Position numbers and translations under genes: made by a program
Notes under the pieces: model-generated
Databases searched by the model: none
What the model was told of the DNA's origin: nothing
The model's input: only the letters and a program-made list of their open reading frames with translations
Part shown: one piece after another, positions 24,687 to 38,066 of the stretch
Layout: the number at the start of each line of letters is the position of its first letter
Position numbering within the stretch: position 1 is the stretch's first letter
DNA from: Eutreptiella sp. 'Long Island Sound 2002'
Lineage: Eukaryota; Protista; Euglenida
Assembly (NCBI GenBank): GCA_964036045.1
Contig: OZ038379.1
Coordinates: 4,464,001 to 4,528,000 of the forward strand
Reading direction: 5' to 3'
DNA length: 64,000 nt

Positions 24687-26249
24687 ATGTGCCAGAGTAT
24701 TTCCAATGGCTGCGACAAGAAGCATCACTACGAGTGTGCTCAATGTGGCAAACATTTCCTTTGCCTTGGCCACCTTTATACCCATATGCGGCTTACAAAG
24801 CACATGAGTGTGCACTGTTTGCATTGTGGAAGGCCCATCACAACTTGGAAATCTCGGCTGCGTCATTTCGCACAAACAGGACACTGTCTTGCTAGTGGCC
24901 CATTGTTTGTTGCAGCGTCGCAGATGAAGGAGGGACCATGCAAGCCTGAGTTTTTAGAACGAGTACGCCATCTTGAAGTTTATTCAGATGACGAGAGCAG
25001 CGATGACATCGAAGGGTGGTCAACGCCACCCCAACGGCAGGACCATGAAAATGATGGTTTGATAGGTGTTCTCTTAGCCTTCAGACAAACTGGCCTCAAG
25101 CATCAAACGAGCCTCAAAAGTCTTGAGCGGGCACTGAAGTCTTCATACATGTCTGGATTGAAGCGCATTATGGAGACATATGGCAGTATTGAAGGTTTCA
25201 TGATGCAAAACAGTGATTTCTTTGAGGCGGCACCCAGCGGGAAATGGTGCCTCAAGCAGCCTGTAGATGATGTTCTTCAGACGTTGGTGATGCTGCCCTC
25301 GGTGCCACACACGTTGAGCAGTTCTCGGGACGCTCCATACAGCAAAGCGGTCGCTGAACAGCTTGCGATGGAGCACTCCGGAACCGACAATCACTCTGAG
25401 CATGCAAACAGTGGGGCTTCTGCTGCGGCAGGTACAGTTTCATCCCAACCTTCGCCGGAGCCGTATGATATTTCGGATTTCGGATACTCAAGTGAATCTG
25501 ATGAAGGATACTCAGGAACTACTCTTAACGGGTCGCGCAGCAATAATGAAGGCCCTCTGCAGCTGTTCTGCGACCCACTTTCAGCACTTTGTCGTGGAAA
25601 AGCTCCTTCTGCAAGCTGTGCACCAGTCCAGAAGGAGCAGCTGCACATGCAGTTGGAGCAAGGCTGTCCTCCACCACTGAGCCCACGTGTAAATGGCAGC
25701 CAGAACCCCATGATTGGCATGGGCAAATTGGGCACCAAGTGCAGTATGCCTCTGCGTCCCAACGCTGGCCAGCCCCTGCGTTTGCATGGCGAATATCAGC
25801 AACAGGCACTGCGTGTTCCTGAGCCAGGATCTGCGGTTTCAGCTGTGCCAAATACTGGCAAGAACGGTGACAGCCATGTTGTGCAGGCTGGCAGTGCACC
25901 AATAGCGCTTCATCAGATGGTCAACGCAATCCCCACCACAGATCAGAAGCCAGTAGTGGCCCTCAATTTTCAGATGCGGTCAACTGACTTCAGCAGGGCC
26001 GTGCCGGACGTGGGGGCGGCGCATGAGTGCGAGGTCCAGCAGCTGACGGAGGTGTTGTGGGTGTCAGAAGCAGAAGGGCAGCAGCAGCAGCAGGGGGTCA
26101 ACCGCTTGCGGGAGTCCGTGCAGCGGCTCAAGAAGCGGGGCTGGCAACGGCCGATCCGACGCGTTCAAACCTGCAGCGATGGTCCAACTGGTTTGAAATC
26201 TGCTTCTCAGACCCCCGCTGCCCCTGCAACAATACTTGCAGGCAAGTGA
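24687..26249 (+). CDS. C2H2 zinc-finger protein, copy B (12-bp in-frame deletion, earlier stop)
   Basis: Same fingers as copy A. Lacks ctatcccttcag near 25080. gcaggcaagtga replaces gctggtgaaaatcctga, giving a stop at 26247-26249. Confidence 0.55.
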   Translation: MCQSISNGCDKKHHYECAQCGKHFLCLGHLYTHMRLTKHMSVHCLHCGRPITTWKSRLRHFAQTGHCLASGPLFVAASQMKEGPCKPEFLERVRHLEVYSDDESSDDIEGWSTPPQRQDHENDGLIGVLLAFRQTGLKHQTSLKSLERALKSSYMSGLKRIMETYGSIEGFMMQNSDFFEAAPSGKWCLKQPVDDVLQTLVMLPSVPHTLSSSRDAPYSKAVAEQLAMEHSGTDNHSEHANSGASAAAGTVSSQPSPEPYDISDFGYSSESDEGYSGTTLNGSRSNNEGPLQLFCDPLSALCRGKAPSASCAPVQKEQLHMQLEQGCPPPLSPRVNGSQNPMIGMGKLGTKCSMPLRPNAGQPLRLHGEYQQQALRVPEPGSAVSAVPNTGKNGDSHVVQAGSAPIALHQMVNAIPTTDQKPVVALNFQMRSTDFSRAVPDVGAAHECEVQQLTEVLWVSEAEGQQQQQGVNRLRESVQRLKKRGWQRPIRRVQTCSDGPTGLKSASQTPAAPATILAGK

Positions 26250-28377
26250 GGAACGACGTAGTACAGCTCCCCAGGGTGTGGTCTGGGCTGAGATGCCTTG
26301 GTACAATCCATACAGTTTGCCCACTCCCTCACCTTTGGAGCGATTGTCATGCACTGGCCACAACTTGTGGCTCAAATAGTGCTGGATGACAGTCCGCATG
26401 AAGACAGTCAGCAGTCATCAGTGAGACACACACAACGACCTCACCTGTCTCTTTCCTCAATGCATCCTGACGTAGGGCGATGCGTGGTGTGCATGGCGTC
26501 ACCACGTGTGCGTACCCCTCTAGATAGCATTCGGAATGCAGCTCTGTCTGTCCGGCATTAAGGCCCTCAACGTACCCCATGAAACCCGAAATGGTATTTT
26601 TGTAGGCTCATTTGTGGGCTTGATCAGTTGGTATGACAAGCTGTGACCCTGTTTCTGTGAGGCTACCGGTGCCACATTGTCCAAGCTTGCCTGGGGCCCA
26701 AAATAGACAAAAAATGTCCACTTTTCTGATAGATAGCATTCGGAATGCAGCTCTGTGTTTCCGGCCTTGGGGCCATCAACTTACCCCATGAAACCCCAAA
26801 TGGCATTTTTGTAGGCTCATTTGTGGGCTCGATCAGTTGGTATGGCAAGCTGTGACCCTGATTCTGTGAGGCTACCGTGCATGGGGCACAAAATTAACAA
26901 AAAATGTCCACTTTTCCGATAGATAGCATTCGGAATGCAGCTCTGTGTTTCCGGCATTGGGGCCCTCAACTTACCCCATGAAACCCCAAATGGTAGTTTT
27001 GTAGGGTCATTTGTGGGCTCCATCAGTTGGAATGGCAAGCTATGACCCTGTTTCTGTGAGGCTACCGGTGCCACCTTGTCCAAGCTTGCATGGGGCACAA
27101 AATAGACAAAAAATGCTCATGTGAGGCACTGCCACTTGTATCCCTTGTACTTTGGTAGGCCTCTTTGAAGGCCATGTGAAAAGGTGTGTGTAGCACTTTG
27201 TGGGTGCCGCTCTTTTGGGCAACCGGTCATTAGTTAATTTCCTTGTGTTAGTCTTTTAGGCAAGCCAAGGCTTTGCGAATGGCCAAGCCTTTAGGAGTTA
27301 CTCGCCTGCCCCGCGTCGCCCGCCTGCCCCATGTCGCCCACCTGCCCCGTGTCACCCAACTCCTCGGCGTCACCGGCCTGCCCGTGTCGCCCGGCCTGCC
27401 GGCTGACACCATGTTCTGGGGTTATATGCAAAAGGGACTGATCGGGCTCATTGCAGAGTGCTCTGTCTGACATACAAGGTTTGTTGAATGAGCCCATATG
27501 CGGAGGGATGTATTTTCCCTTTTGGTCAACTGCGATGTCCTGTGATGACACAGTGAGGCACAGCCACATACCAAGCAAGCAATGCCATAGCGCTGCGTTG
27601 CAACTGTATGGATGGGCTGTGAGCTGCTCAAGCACGGCTGTGCGGCATATTCCTCCACTGTGACCCAGGCCTAAGTCGCTACATGACAGTCATATATGTT
27701 TCTGGGGCCGGCTTGCCTCAACAATGCTATCAGCAGCCAGCATATTACAGAGAGCCTGGAAAGGCTCACCAAGCAGTTGTTCAAGATTTGTAAGCAGTGT
27801 GCCTTATGTTTTCGGCACAGTGGTCTCCAGGTGAAGTCACTGCAACACACTGGCCCAGTCCATGGCAGACGGCGACCCTCTCCACCTCAGTGTGGACCTA
27901 ATTCTTCAATACTGCTTTCTCTGTGCATAGCACACCTCTGTTTTTACTCAGCCTTCGAGTTTGTCTTGTGCTCCAGTAGCACACTGGAATGCCTTTGGGA
28001 GCAGTAGTTCCCACTGCATTTCCTGGTATCAGATACAGCTGATCATTCCTACGTGTGATGTCCGCTACCGCACCGTGTTGTGGGACCATCGTAGTACCGG
28101 ACAGCTCTGATCCTTGATTCTGAGAGATTTTGCGGGTGCCTTCCGATGAGCAACCTCTGTGTGCGATGATGAATGCCATTGCCACTGAACGCATGTGTGA
28201 GGGTATCACAGAATTGAGTGACACTTTCTTACTTTCACGAATTGATCTTGAGAGCCACAGCACTTCGGGTGTCCTCAGGTGTATATTGCCGTTGCATCAT
28301 GCCCCCCCCCCCCCCCCCGCACTAACACCCCTGCTGTGGTTGAGGTGGACTATAGGACAAACGGTAAGTAGCATGCA

Positions 28378-31300
28378 GTTCTTCTGTCACACGGAGAGGC
28401 CCCTGTATCAAGAGCCTGGTGAATGGTGCTATGATGGCGTGTGCCAAGCACCAGGGGCAGGTCATTATGTTTTTCAGTTCTCTGCAGGTCTTCCTCCCAG
28501 TTTTTTTTTTTTGCGCGTGTTTTTCATAATAGCTCAGGCCCTGGAAATCCTCCATGGTTGCGGAAGTGTCTGGCACTGTTCAAGTGTCCTTGACTCCCAA
28601 AACCTTGCAGGTCTGCACTGTTGGCAATTCTGGCAGCAGGGTCTGCTGATGCCACACGAGGAAATTACGCAGTGTATGGTCTCTGGTGGATGGTCTCTGT
28701 GGTATTTCCTTTGATGTTTTCCTTTTTTCTGGAAATTTCATATATTTTCTGTGGTTTTTGCGACGGGCATCCATTTCCCGACCTATTGTAGTATGAGACT
28801 CTTGTAGTCTCGGTGTGTGGTTGGTTGCCAGACCCTCGGTGACGCCAATTTTTCTTTGCACTCCGCCACTACTCACTCTGTGGGTACCATTTGGCCCGCT
28901 GCATCTCCATCTCTTGGGTGTGAGCAGCTCTCAGATTTGCACTTGCGTACTTGCAGCTTTAAAGTCTGCAAGACGCCCTGCATTGGAATATCCTGCCGGA
29001 CCTGACGGAGTGGTCCCTCTGTGGCGTTCCCCCTCCCTCCCCGGATGCACACACGTCGTCTGCTGATGTGTTACGGTGTCTCTTTTTTTTTTCTGAGTCT
29101 CAGAACCAGGACAGCACCTACGTGTTCCTGAACCCTCCACCCTGAGTCCAAAATCTTGGGGTTACGGTCATCTGTCACCGGTTGTTGAATCTCTGTCCTG
29201 TTACGGGTATTATTTAGTGATGTTCCTGTAAAATCTGCAATGCATATATGCCTTCGAGAGCTGCTGGCTTGCACCTAATGTACTGACGTAAGTAGATATC
29301 TATGATGGACGTCTCTAACTCTCAGCTGAGAGGAGCATTTGCCTGTGCTGGTAAATGGTATCGTTCATCCTGCAGTCGCACTGCAACTGCTGGTGGTCAA
29401 TTCTCTCATGTTTTGGGTATTATTTGTGTTGTGGCTTTCAAAGTCTGCAATGCACATGTGCCTTCGAGAGCTGCTGGCTTGCACCTAATGTACTGACGTC
29501 AGTACACATCTATGATGGATGTCTGTACCTCCCAGCTGAGAGGACCATCTGCCTGTGCTTGTGAAAGGTATTATTTATGCTGCGGTTGTAGCACAGAGGC
29601 TGATTGTCAATTTTCTCATGTTCTGGGTATTATTTGTGTTGTAGCTTTGAAGTGTGCAATGCACATACACCTTCGAGAGCTGCTGGCTTGCACCTAATGT
29701 ACTGACGTAAGTAGATATCTATGGTGGACGTCTCTAGCTCTCAGATGAGAGGAGCATCTGCCTGCGTAATTTCCTCGTGTGGCATCAGCAGACCCTGCTG
29801 CCAGAATTGCCAACAGTGCAGACCTGCAAGGTTTTGGGAGTCAAGGACACTTGAACAGTGCCTGACACTTCCGCAACCATGGAGGATTTCCAGGGCCTGA
29901 GCTATTATGAAAAACACGCGCAAAAAAAAACTGGGAGGAAGACCTGCAGAGAACTGAAAAACATAATGACCTGCTCCTGGTGCTTGGCACACGCCATCAT
30001 AGCACCATTCACCAGGCTCTTGATACAGGGGCTTCTCCGTGTGACAGAAGAACACAGTGCTACAGGAAATTCGCCTTGGGGCTATGGTGCGGAGACTCCA
30101 CAACACAACAATCATCGGAACAGGTAATCATTGACCAGCACAGGCAGATGCTCCTCTCATCTGAGAGCTAGAGACGTCCACCATAGATATCTACTTACGT
30201 CAGTACATTAGGTGCAAGCCAGCAGCTCTCGAAGGTGTATGTGCATTGCACACTTCAAAGCTACAACACAAATAATACCCAGAACATGAGAAAATTGACA
30301 ATCAGCCTCTGTGCTACAACCGCAGCATAAATAATACCTTTCACAAGCACAGGCAGATGGTCCTCTCAGCTGGGAGGTACAGACATCCATCATAGATGTG
30401 TACTGACGTCAGTACATTAGGTGCAAGCCAGCAGCTCTCGAAGGCACATGTGCATTGCAGACTTTGAAAGCCACAACACAAATAATACCCAAAACATGAG
30501 AGAATTGACCACCAGCAGTTGCAGTGCGACTGCAGGATGAACGATACCATTTACCAGCACAGGCAAATGCTCCTCTCAGCTGAGAGTTAGAGACGTCCAT
30601 CATAGATATCTACTTACGTCAGTACATTAGGTGCAAGCCAGCAGCTCTCGAAGGCATATATGCATTGCAGATTTTACAGGAACATCACTAAATAATACCC
30701 GTAACAGGACAGAGATTCAACAACCGGTGACAGATGACCGTAACCCCAAGATTTTGGACTCAGGGTGGAGGGTTCAGGAACACGTAGGTGCTGTCCTGGT
30801 TCTGAGACTCAGAAAAAAAAAGAGACACCGTAACACATCAGCAGACGACGTGTGTGCATCCGGGGAGGGAGGGGGAACGCCACAGAGGGACCACTCCGTC
30901 AGGTCCTGCAGGATATTCCAATGCAGGGCGTCTTGCAGACTTTAAAGCTGCAAGTACGCAAGTGCAAATCTGAGAGCTGCTCACACCCAAGAGATGGAGA
31001 TGCAGCGGGCCAAATGGTACCCACAGAGTGAGTAGTGGCGGAGTGCAAAGAAAAATTGGCGTCACCGAGGGTCTGGCAACCAACCACAGCACACCGAGAC
31101 TACAAGAGTCTCATACTATAATAGGTCGTGGAAATGGATGCCCGTCGCAAAAACCACAGAAAATATATGAAATTTCCAGAAAAAAGGAAAACATCAAAGG
31201 AAATACCACAGAGACCATCCACCAGAGACCATACACTGCGTAATTTCCTCGTGTGGCATCAGCAGACCCTGCTGCCAGAATTGCCAACAGTGCAGACCCG

Positions 31301-33946
31301 CAAGGTTTTGGGAGTCAAGGACACTTGAACAGTGCCAGACACTTCCGCAACCATGGAGGATTTCCAGGGCCTGAGCTATTATGAAAAACACGCGCAAAAA
31401 AAAAAAAACTGGGAGGAAGACCTGCAGAGAACTGAAAAACATAATGACCTGCTCCTGGTGCTTGGCACACGCCATCATAGCACCATTCACCAGGCTCTTG
31501 ATACAGGGGCCTCTCCGTGTGACAGAAGAACACAGTGCTACAGGAAATTCGCCTTGGGGCTATGGTGCGGAGACTCCACAACACAACAATCATCGGAACA
31601 GGTAATCATTTACTAGCTATGGTCTCTGGTGGATGGTCTCTGTGGTATTTCCTTTGATGTTTTCCTTTTTTCTGGAAATTTCATATATTTTCTGTGGTTT
31701 TTGCGACGGGCATCCATTTCCACGACCTATTATAGTATGAGACTCTTGTAGTCTCGGTGTGCTGTGGTTGGTTGCCAGACCCTCGGTGACGCCAATTTTT
31801 CTTTGCACTCCGCCACTACTCACTCTGTGGGTACCATTTGGCCCGCTGCATCTCCATCTCTTGGGTGTGAGCAGCTCTCAGATTTGCACTTGCGTACTTG
31901 CAGCTTTAAAGTCTGCAAGACGCCCTGCATTGGAATATCCTGCAGGACCTGACGGAGTGGTCCCTCTGTGGCGTTCCCCCTCCCTCCCCGGATGCACACA
32001 CGTCGTCTGCTGATGTGTTACGGTGTCTCTTTTTTTTTCTGAGTCTCAGAACCAGGACAGCACCTACGTGTTCCTGAACCCTCCACCCTGAGTCCAAAAT
32101 CTTGGGGTTACGGTCATCTGTCACCGGTTGTTGAATCTCTGTCCTGTTACGGGTATTATTTAGTGATGTTCCTGTAAAGTCTGCAATGCATATATGCCTT
32201 CGAGAGCTGCTGGCTTGCACCTAATGTACTGACGTAAGTAGATATCTATGATGGACGTCTCTAACTCTCAGCTGAGAGGAGCATTTGCCTGTGCTGGTAA
32301 AGGTATCGTTCATCCTGCAGTCGCACTGCAACTGCTGGTGGTCAATTCTCTCATGTTTTGGGTATTATTTGTGTTGTGGCTTTCAAAGTCTGCAATGCAC
32401 ATGTGCCTTCGAGAGCTGCTGGCTTGCACCTAATGTACTGACGTCAGTACACATCTATGATGGATGTCTGTACCTCCCAGCTGAGAGGACCATCTGCCTG
32501 TGCTTGTGAAAGGTATTATTTATGCTGCGGTTGTAGCACAGAGGCTGATTGTCAATTTTCTCATGTTCTGGGTATTATTTGTGTTGTAGCTTTGAAGTGT
32601 GCAATGCACATACACCTTCGAGAGCTGCTGGCTTGCACCTAATGTACTGACGTAAGTAGATATCTATGGTGGACGTCTCTAGCTCTCAGATGAGAGGAGC
32701 ATCTGCCTGTGCTAGTAAATGATTACCTGTTCCGATGATTGTTGTGTTGTGGAGTCTCCGCACCATAGCCCCAAGGCGAATTTCCTGTAGCACTGTGTTC
32801 TTCTGTCACACGGAGAGGCCCCTGTATCAAGAGCCTGGTGAATGGTGCTATGATGGCGTGTGCCAAGCACCAGGAGCAGGTCATTATGTTTTTCAGTTCT
32901 CTGCAGGTCTTCCTCCCAGTTTTTTTTTGCGCGTGTTTTTCATAATAGCTCAGGCCCTGGAAATCCTCCATGGTTGCGGAAGTGTCAGGCACTGTTCAAG
33001 TGTCCTTGACTCCCAAAACCTTGCAGGTCTGCACTGTTGGCAATTCTGGCAGCAGGGTCTGCTGATGCCACACGAGGAAATTACGCAGTGTATGGTCTCT
33101 GGTGGATGGTCTCTGTGGTATTTCCTTTGATGTTTTCCTTTTTTCTGGAAATTTCATACATTTTCTGTGGTTTTTGCGACGGGCATCCATTTCCACGACC
33201 TATTGTAGTATGAGACTCTTGTAGTCTCGGTGTGCTGTGGTTGGTTGCCAGACCCTCGGTGACGCCAATTTTTCTTTGCACTCCGCCACTACTCACTCTG
33301 TGGGTACCATTTGGCCCGCTGCATCTCCATCTCTTGGGTGTGAGCAGCTCTCAGATTTGCACTTGCGTACTTGCAGCTTTAAAGTCTGCAAGACGCCCTG
33401 CATTGGAATATCCTGCAGGACCTGACGGAGTGGTCCCTCTGTGGCGTTCCCCCTCCCTCCCCGGATGCACACACGTCGTCTGCTGATGTGTTACGGTGTC
33501 TCTTTTTTTTTCTGAGTCTCAGAACCAGGACAGCACCTACGTGTTCCTGAACCCTCCACCCTGAGTCCAAAATCTTGGGGTTACGGTCATCTGTCACCGG
33601 TTGTTGAATCTCTGTCCTGTTACGGGTATTATTTAGTGATGTTCCTGTAAAGTCTGCAATGCATATATGCCTTCGAGAGCTGCTGGCTTGCACCTAATGT
33701 ACTGACGTAAGTAGATATCTATGATGGACGTCTCTAACTCTCAGCTGAGAGGAGCATTTGCCTGTGCTGGTAAATGGTATCGTTCATCCTGCAGTCGCAC
33801 TGCAACTGCTGGTGGTCAATTCTCTCATGTTTTGGGTATTATTTGTGTTGTGGCTTTCAAAGTCTGCAATGCACATACACCTTCGAGAGCTGCTGGCTTG
33901 CACCTAATGTACTGACGTCAGTACACATCTATGATGGATGTCTGTA
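28378..33946. repeat. Tandem array B (about 3.8 units) with an internal inversion at 29762-31617
   Basis: Same 1.47-kb unit; 29762-31617 is the reverse complement of the unit sequence. Confidence 0.95.
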
Positions 33947-35473
33947 CCACCCCCCCCCCCCCCCCATGCGGGACAGTCGCCTAGCAAAAACCCGGACCCT
34001 GTGCGAACATGCTGATGAACAATGGCTGGAAATGTCTATGGCGGGGACATCCAGTTCAGCCGACCGACCATTTGATGCCCCCCCATGCCAATGGACCTCC
34101 CATGCCAATGGCCCTCCCCTCTGGAAAGAAGAAACATGGCCCCCCTTGCTAATGCCCCCCCCCCCCCCCCCTTGAAAGAAGAAACATGGCCCCCCCCCTG
34201 AGTTTTTTTCACCAAATTGCACACAAATTGCCCTTTTTTGCCGAGTTTCTTGAGTGTGCAATGGCATGTGATGGGCACCATCCTTGGTGTCATGTGTTTG
34301 TTTTTTTCAATGTAGATGTAGTTTTCTCAATGTTCCAAGTCCCGTGTGGAGCAGCCTGAGATTGTCTGGTCTTGCCTCGATTGCAACTCGGCCATGTTGG
34401 CAAGGGCCTATGTGCACAATTGCATGTTTCAGGGGAAGCAGGGTCTCGAGTTTGAGGAAGGGACTACATGATGGCAGCTGGAGCAAATGTCTCACTCCTA
34501 CCCCCCAGCCCCGCTTTCTTTTGTTGCCTTTCACACCCATGCCTGACGGTGTGATGCATCAACTGCACCCCTTTCGAACTAATGGCTGAAAGTGTCTATG
34601 GCAGGGATATTCAGTCTATCAGAGCGGACCATTGATCCCCCAGTAAGTACATGTGTAGACAGGCAAGCAGTGTGTTCTGGTTGCTGAGTGGGGACCTCTT
34701 TTCAGACGCAGAGTGGTCCAGCCATGTTGTTACTGCTCATTTCTTCTGCAGTGCATTGTACCACCCAGCTGCCCCTGCTTTGCTGCAGTGTTTGACAGCC
34801 ATAGTGATCAACTCCTGGGAGCTTTGCAACGCAGCGTGATCCAGCCAGGCTCACAGTGCTGAAATTTTTGGAAGCAGGCCTGGGGCCACAGATTTCAGCA
34901 TGTTTTGCTCAGGTCAAAGTGCCGTGATTCATTCCGTTGGTCAGCCTATTGCAGTTGCATGGGATTCATGTCTATTTGAAAACATCAATGTTGCGCACAT
35001 GAAGTATATGGTGCTGAAACTTTTTGAAGCAGGCCTAGGGTCATCAGTTTCAACCATCATTTTTTCTGGAGTTGCAGTTGCGCGTTTTCTTCGTGTTTGC
35101 TATTGTGTGGTTGTATGTGTGAAGAAGGAAAGGCATGGGAAACAAATGTTGAGCACCACAACAAAAATGGTGTAAAAGCATAAAAATATTGCAAAAGGTG
35201 GCCAGCATGAGCTCCACAGCCACCTCAAAGATGCAAGAGGTACCAAGCATTGGTCCCCACCACGTTTACACCGATGGCGCAAGCTAGAAAATGTGTACAC
35301 AAATATTTTTTTTGGAGTTTTGATGAGAATTCGCGTCCATGCCCCCCCGTGCGCGTGTCAATGGACCCCCCCCCCCTTTGAAAGAAGAAACATGGCCCCC
35401 TTTGCAAATGCCCCCCCCCTCTCGAAAGCAGAAACACGGCCCGGGCCATTGACATTGGGGGGGGGGGGGGTGG
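33947..35473. mobile_element. TIR element, copy B (1527 bp)
   Basis: Same TA/GTAC insertion site and TIRs as 15701-17091, with about 135 bp extra near the left end (~33967-34100). Confidence 0.85.
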
Positions 35474-38020
35474 TACCTCCCAGCTGAGAGGACCATCTGC
35501 CTCCACAGGATGGCTCCAATTCACAGATCAGATGCAGTATGCACTTCGGCAGCACTAGTAGAAAAGAGGAATGCATGATCTGCGAATGAAAGAACTAGAA
35601 ATGTCATGTGCATACTGATATACATTGATTGCGATTAGCTGCGAATTTAACTAACTGATCCTTCACAATGTCACATGTCACACGAAGAGGTAAGTTTAGC
35701 CATCCAGATCTCTTTTATTCGAAATGAAAATCAGCTGCTGCCCCAAACAGTTTGAAATGCGCAACGGTGAGGCAGTAATGGCCAACCAAAATCACCCGGA
35801 CACTTTCACACATTTGTACTCCCTGCAGACGCGTGCCATTCCACAATGGAGCATGTGGGACATTGGAGGACCCACCCCTTCTCGGAGGGCTTGCCAGGCC
35901 CAAAATCTCTATTGCGGAGGGATTTTCCCCCTCACTGCTACAGTACATGGCTCACCATTTGGCTAATATGCACCCCCATCGTCGCCAAATGGTGACCCAA
36001 GCCTAACCCAAAGTGCGTGGGGGTGGTTAGGGATCGCTAGACAAAACAATTTTTTTTAGTGAACCCATGCCAACCTAAAAAAACGGCTAACACCTTGCCA
36101 GTGGGGGCCATGCTACTTTTGTTTTTTTTTTTTGCGGGGGCGGGGGCGGCCACTATACGTTGACCTCGGGAGAGCATTTGACACGGCACACGTGCGGCGC
36201 GGCTATTTGGCAACATGTATCAAAAAGGTGTTGTGTTTTTGTTCGGATTTGTCTTCTCGCACAGGGCACCTCTACAAATGTACTTTTTTGGGACCACAAC
36301 GGGCCAAGGGCCATTTCAAAGGTTATGAAAAGGGGGGGCCAATTGCATTGTGCTCTTGCTTGTGCTAAGCTTTTTGGGAAGGGGCGGTTTTATACGATTG
36401 TTGTGGCTCAAGTCTTTGTTCTCTGAGGGCCACTGAGGGAGGGGGATCAGGGATTAGGATGTTCCGGGAGTACACCGAGCAGGCCAACTGGATGTGGGAC
36501 CCCAAAAATCCCCCCTATTGATTGGCCACTCTACATAAGCCTGGTGGGCAGGGTGGAGGAGGCGAAGAGGAGGTGATAGGTGCACGAGACATCTTACACG
36601 GAGAACCGGAAGTGATGGATGAGGATGAAGAACCGCCCACACGCAACACCGCCTCTACAACACACATACACATGCACTCGCACACACCTGTACACGTGAC
36701 ACCATATGCAAGGGGGACACTATTGATGGATGTGGAGGCGTGCACCTAACAAGAGAGTCACCCCCCCCCCCCCCGTGTAGTGATTTGGAAGTGCTGCAGT
36801 GCAACAGAACAATCATGAGCTATGACGGGTCGCCTTGTGACACGGGGGCGTTTGGTAGCCGAGTATCCGTTGCTTCATGGCCCCACCCGGGTTTGTACCC
36901 GTGGCTGGCATGCATAGAAATATGCCCAAGTGGCCACCCCCCACCCGGGTGTCCTCTTCAGGGGACCGCCTCCTCAGAAGCGCCAAAGGGACAGTAAGAA
37001 GGCAGGGGGCGGTCCAACCATTGCGCTTTTCCATCTTCATGGGTCTCCTCACCCCCCATGCCTATACCCATCAACTGTGCACAGTCAAATGGAGGGTTTC
37101 CTCCACCAAACTTGAACGGGTGCACTACACCGGATTACTTTCCACCTTTATGGATCCCCCCCCCCCATGTACTTGACTATTCGGTTTCCTGTACGACAAC
37201 AGGTCCCCCCCCCCCTGCTCACCTCAGCTCATCACCGGTACGCTTTTGATGAGCGATGATCGTATACCTGTGTCTACGGAAGCTAAGTATCCGGTGCTTC
37301 ATTCCCCCCCCTGCTCACCACCGCCATGACTACGGCTAGGGAGCAGCACAGGGCTCCGAATGGGAATCGAAATATCGCCTCTGGTGCCTTTGGATAATAT
37401 CACACCCATGTTGTCACCATCTTTGGAGATCACACAGGACATGCAGGAGACAGCACGTGAACTGTTTCCTTCCCTGGGTTGGCCGGATCCAGAGGATCCC
37501 TCTGACGGACAGGACTCGGGATGCTGTTCTATCGAGTCGCCACAACCTGAGCCTGGGTTTGATATTGGGTTTGTGAAATCGTACTGAATCTGTTGTAGGC
37601 AACAATTGTGATGATGGATTTAGCACGAACATCAGCTCAATCAGAAAACGAAGATAATTGGACTTTTGCGTTTCAGCGCTGACAACGCACCTGACACACA
37701 CACCCTGCAAGCCCCAGCACCCCCTTGAGGACCGGAGGGTGGGCACAGCGAGCTGGCCGATGAAGTGCCACCGTCCTGTAAGCCTGCAGTGCCACCGGAC
37801 GGTCTACTCACCCCATGTACTGTACTGTGTAGGCTAAAGGTTTTGGCCGACAAAACACGGCTAAGTGAAGGAAGCAATTTGGTACTGTTTGCCAGATTGT
37901 ACATACACCGGCGCCCGATATGAAGGATCGCCGTGCAACAATCGAACTGCTGAACATTGCCGCATCTGCATGCCAAGAGTTGCATGCGTACAGCGCCTTG
38001 TTGACCTGCATGCGGCCCAA

Positions 38021-38030
38021 TGTTTCTTAG
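38021..38030 (+). promoter_or_regulatory. Putative (trans-)splice acceptor
   Basis: tgtttcttAG, 36 nt upstream of ATG 38067. Confidence 0.45.
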
Positions 38031-38066
38031 GGTCTACTTTGTCTCGTGTATGGCCCCTTCACCGCA

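Larger units (their letters stand above)
21388..36713 (+). repeat. Segmental duplication copy B (~15.3 kb)
   Basis: Colinear with 1214-18318; shorter because its tandem array has about one unit fewer. Confidence 0.95.
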
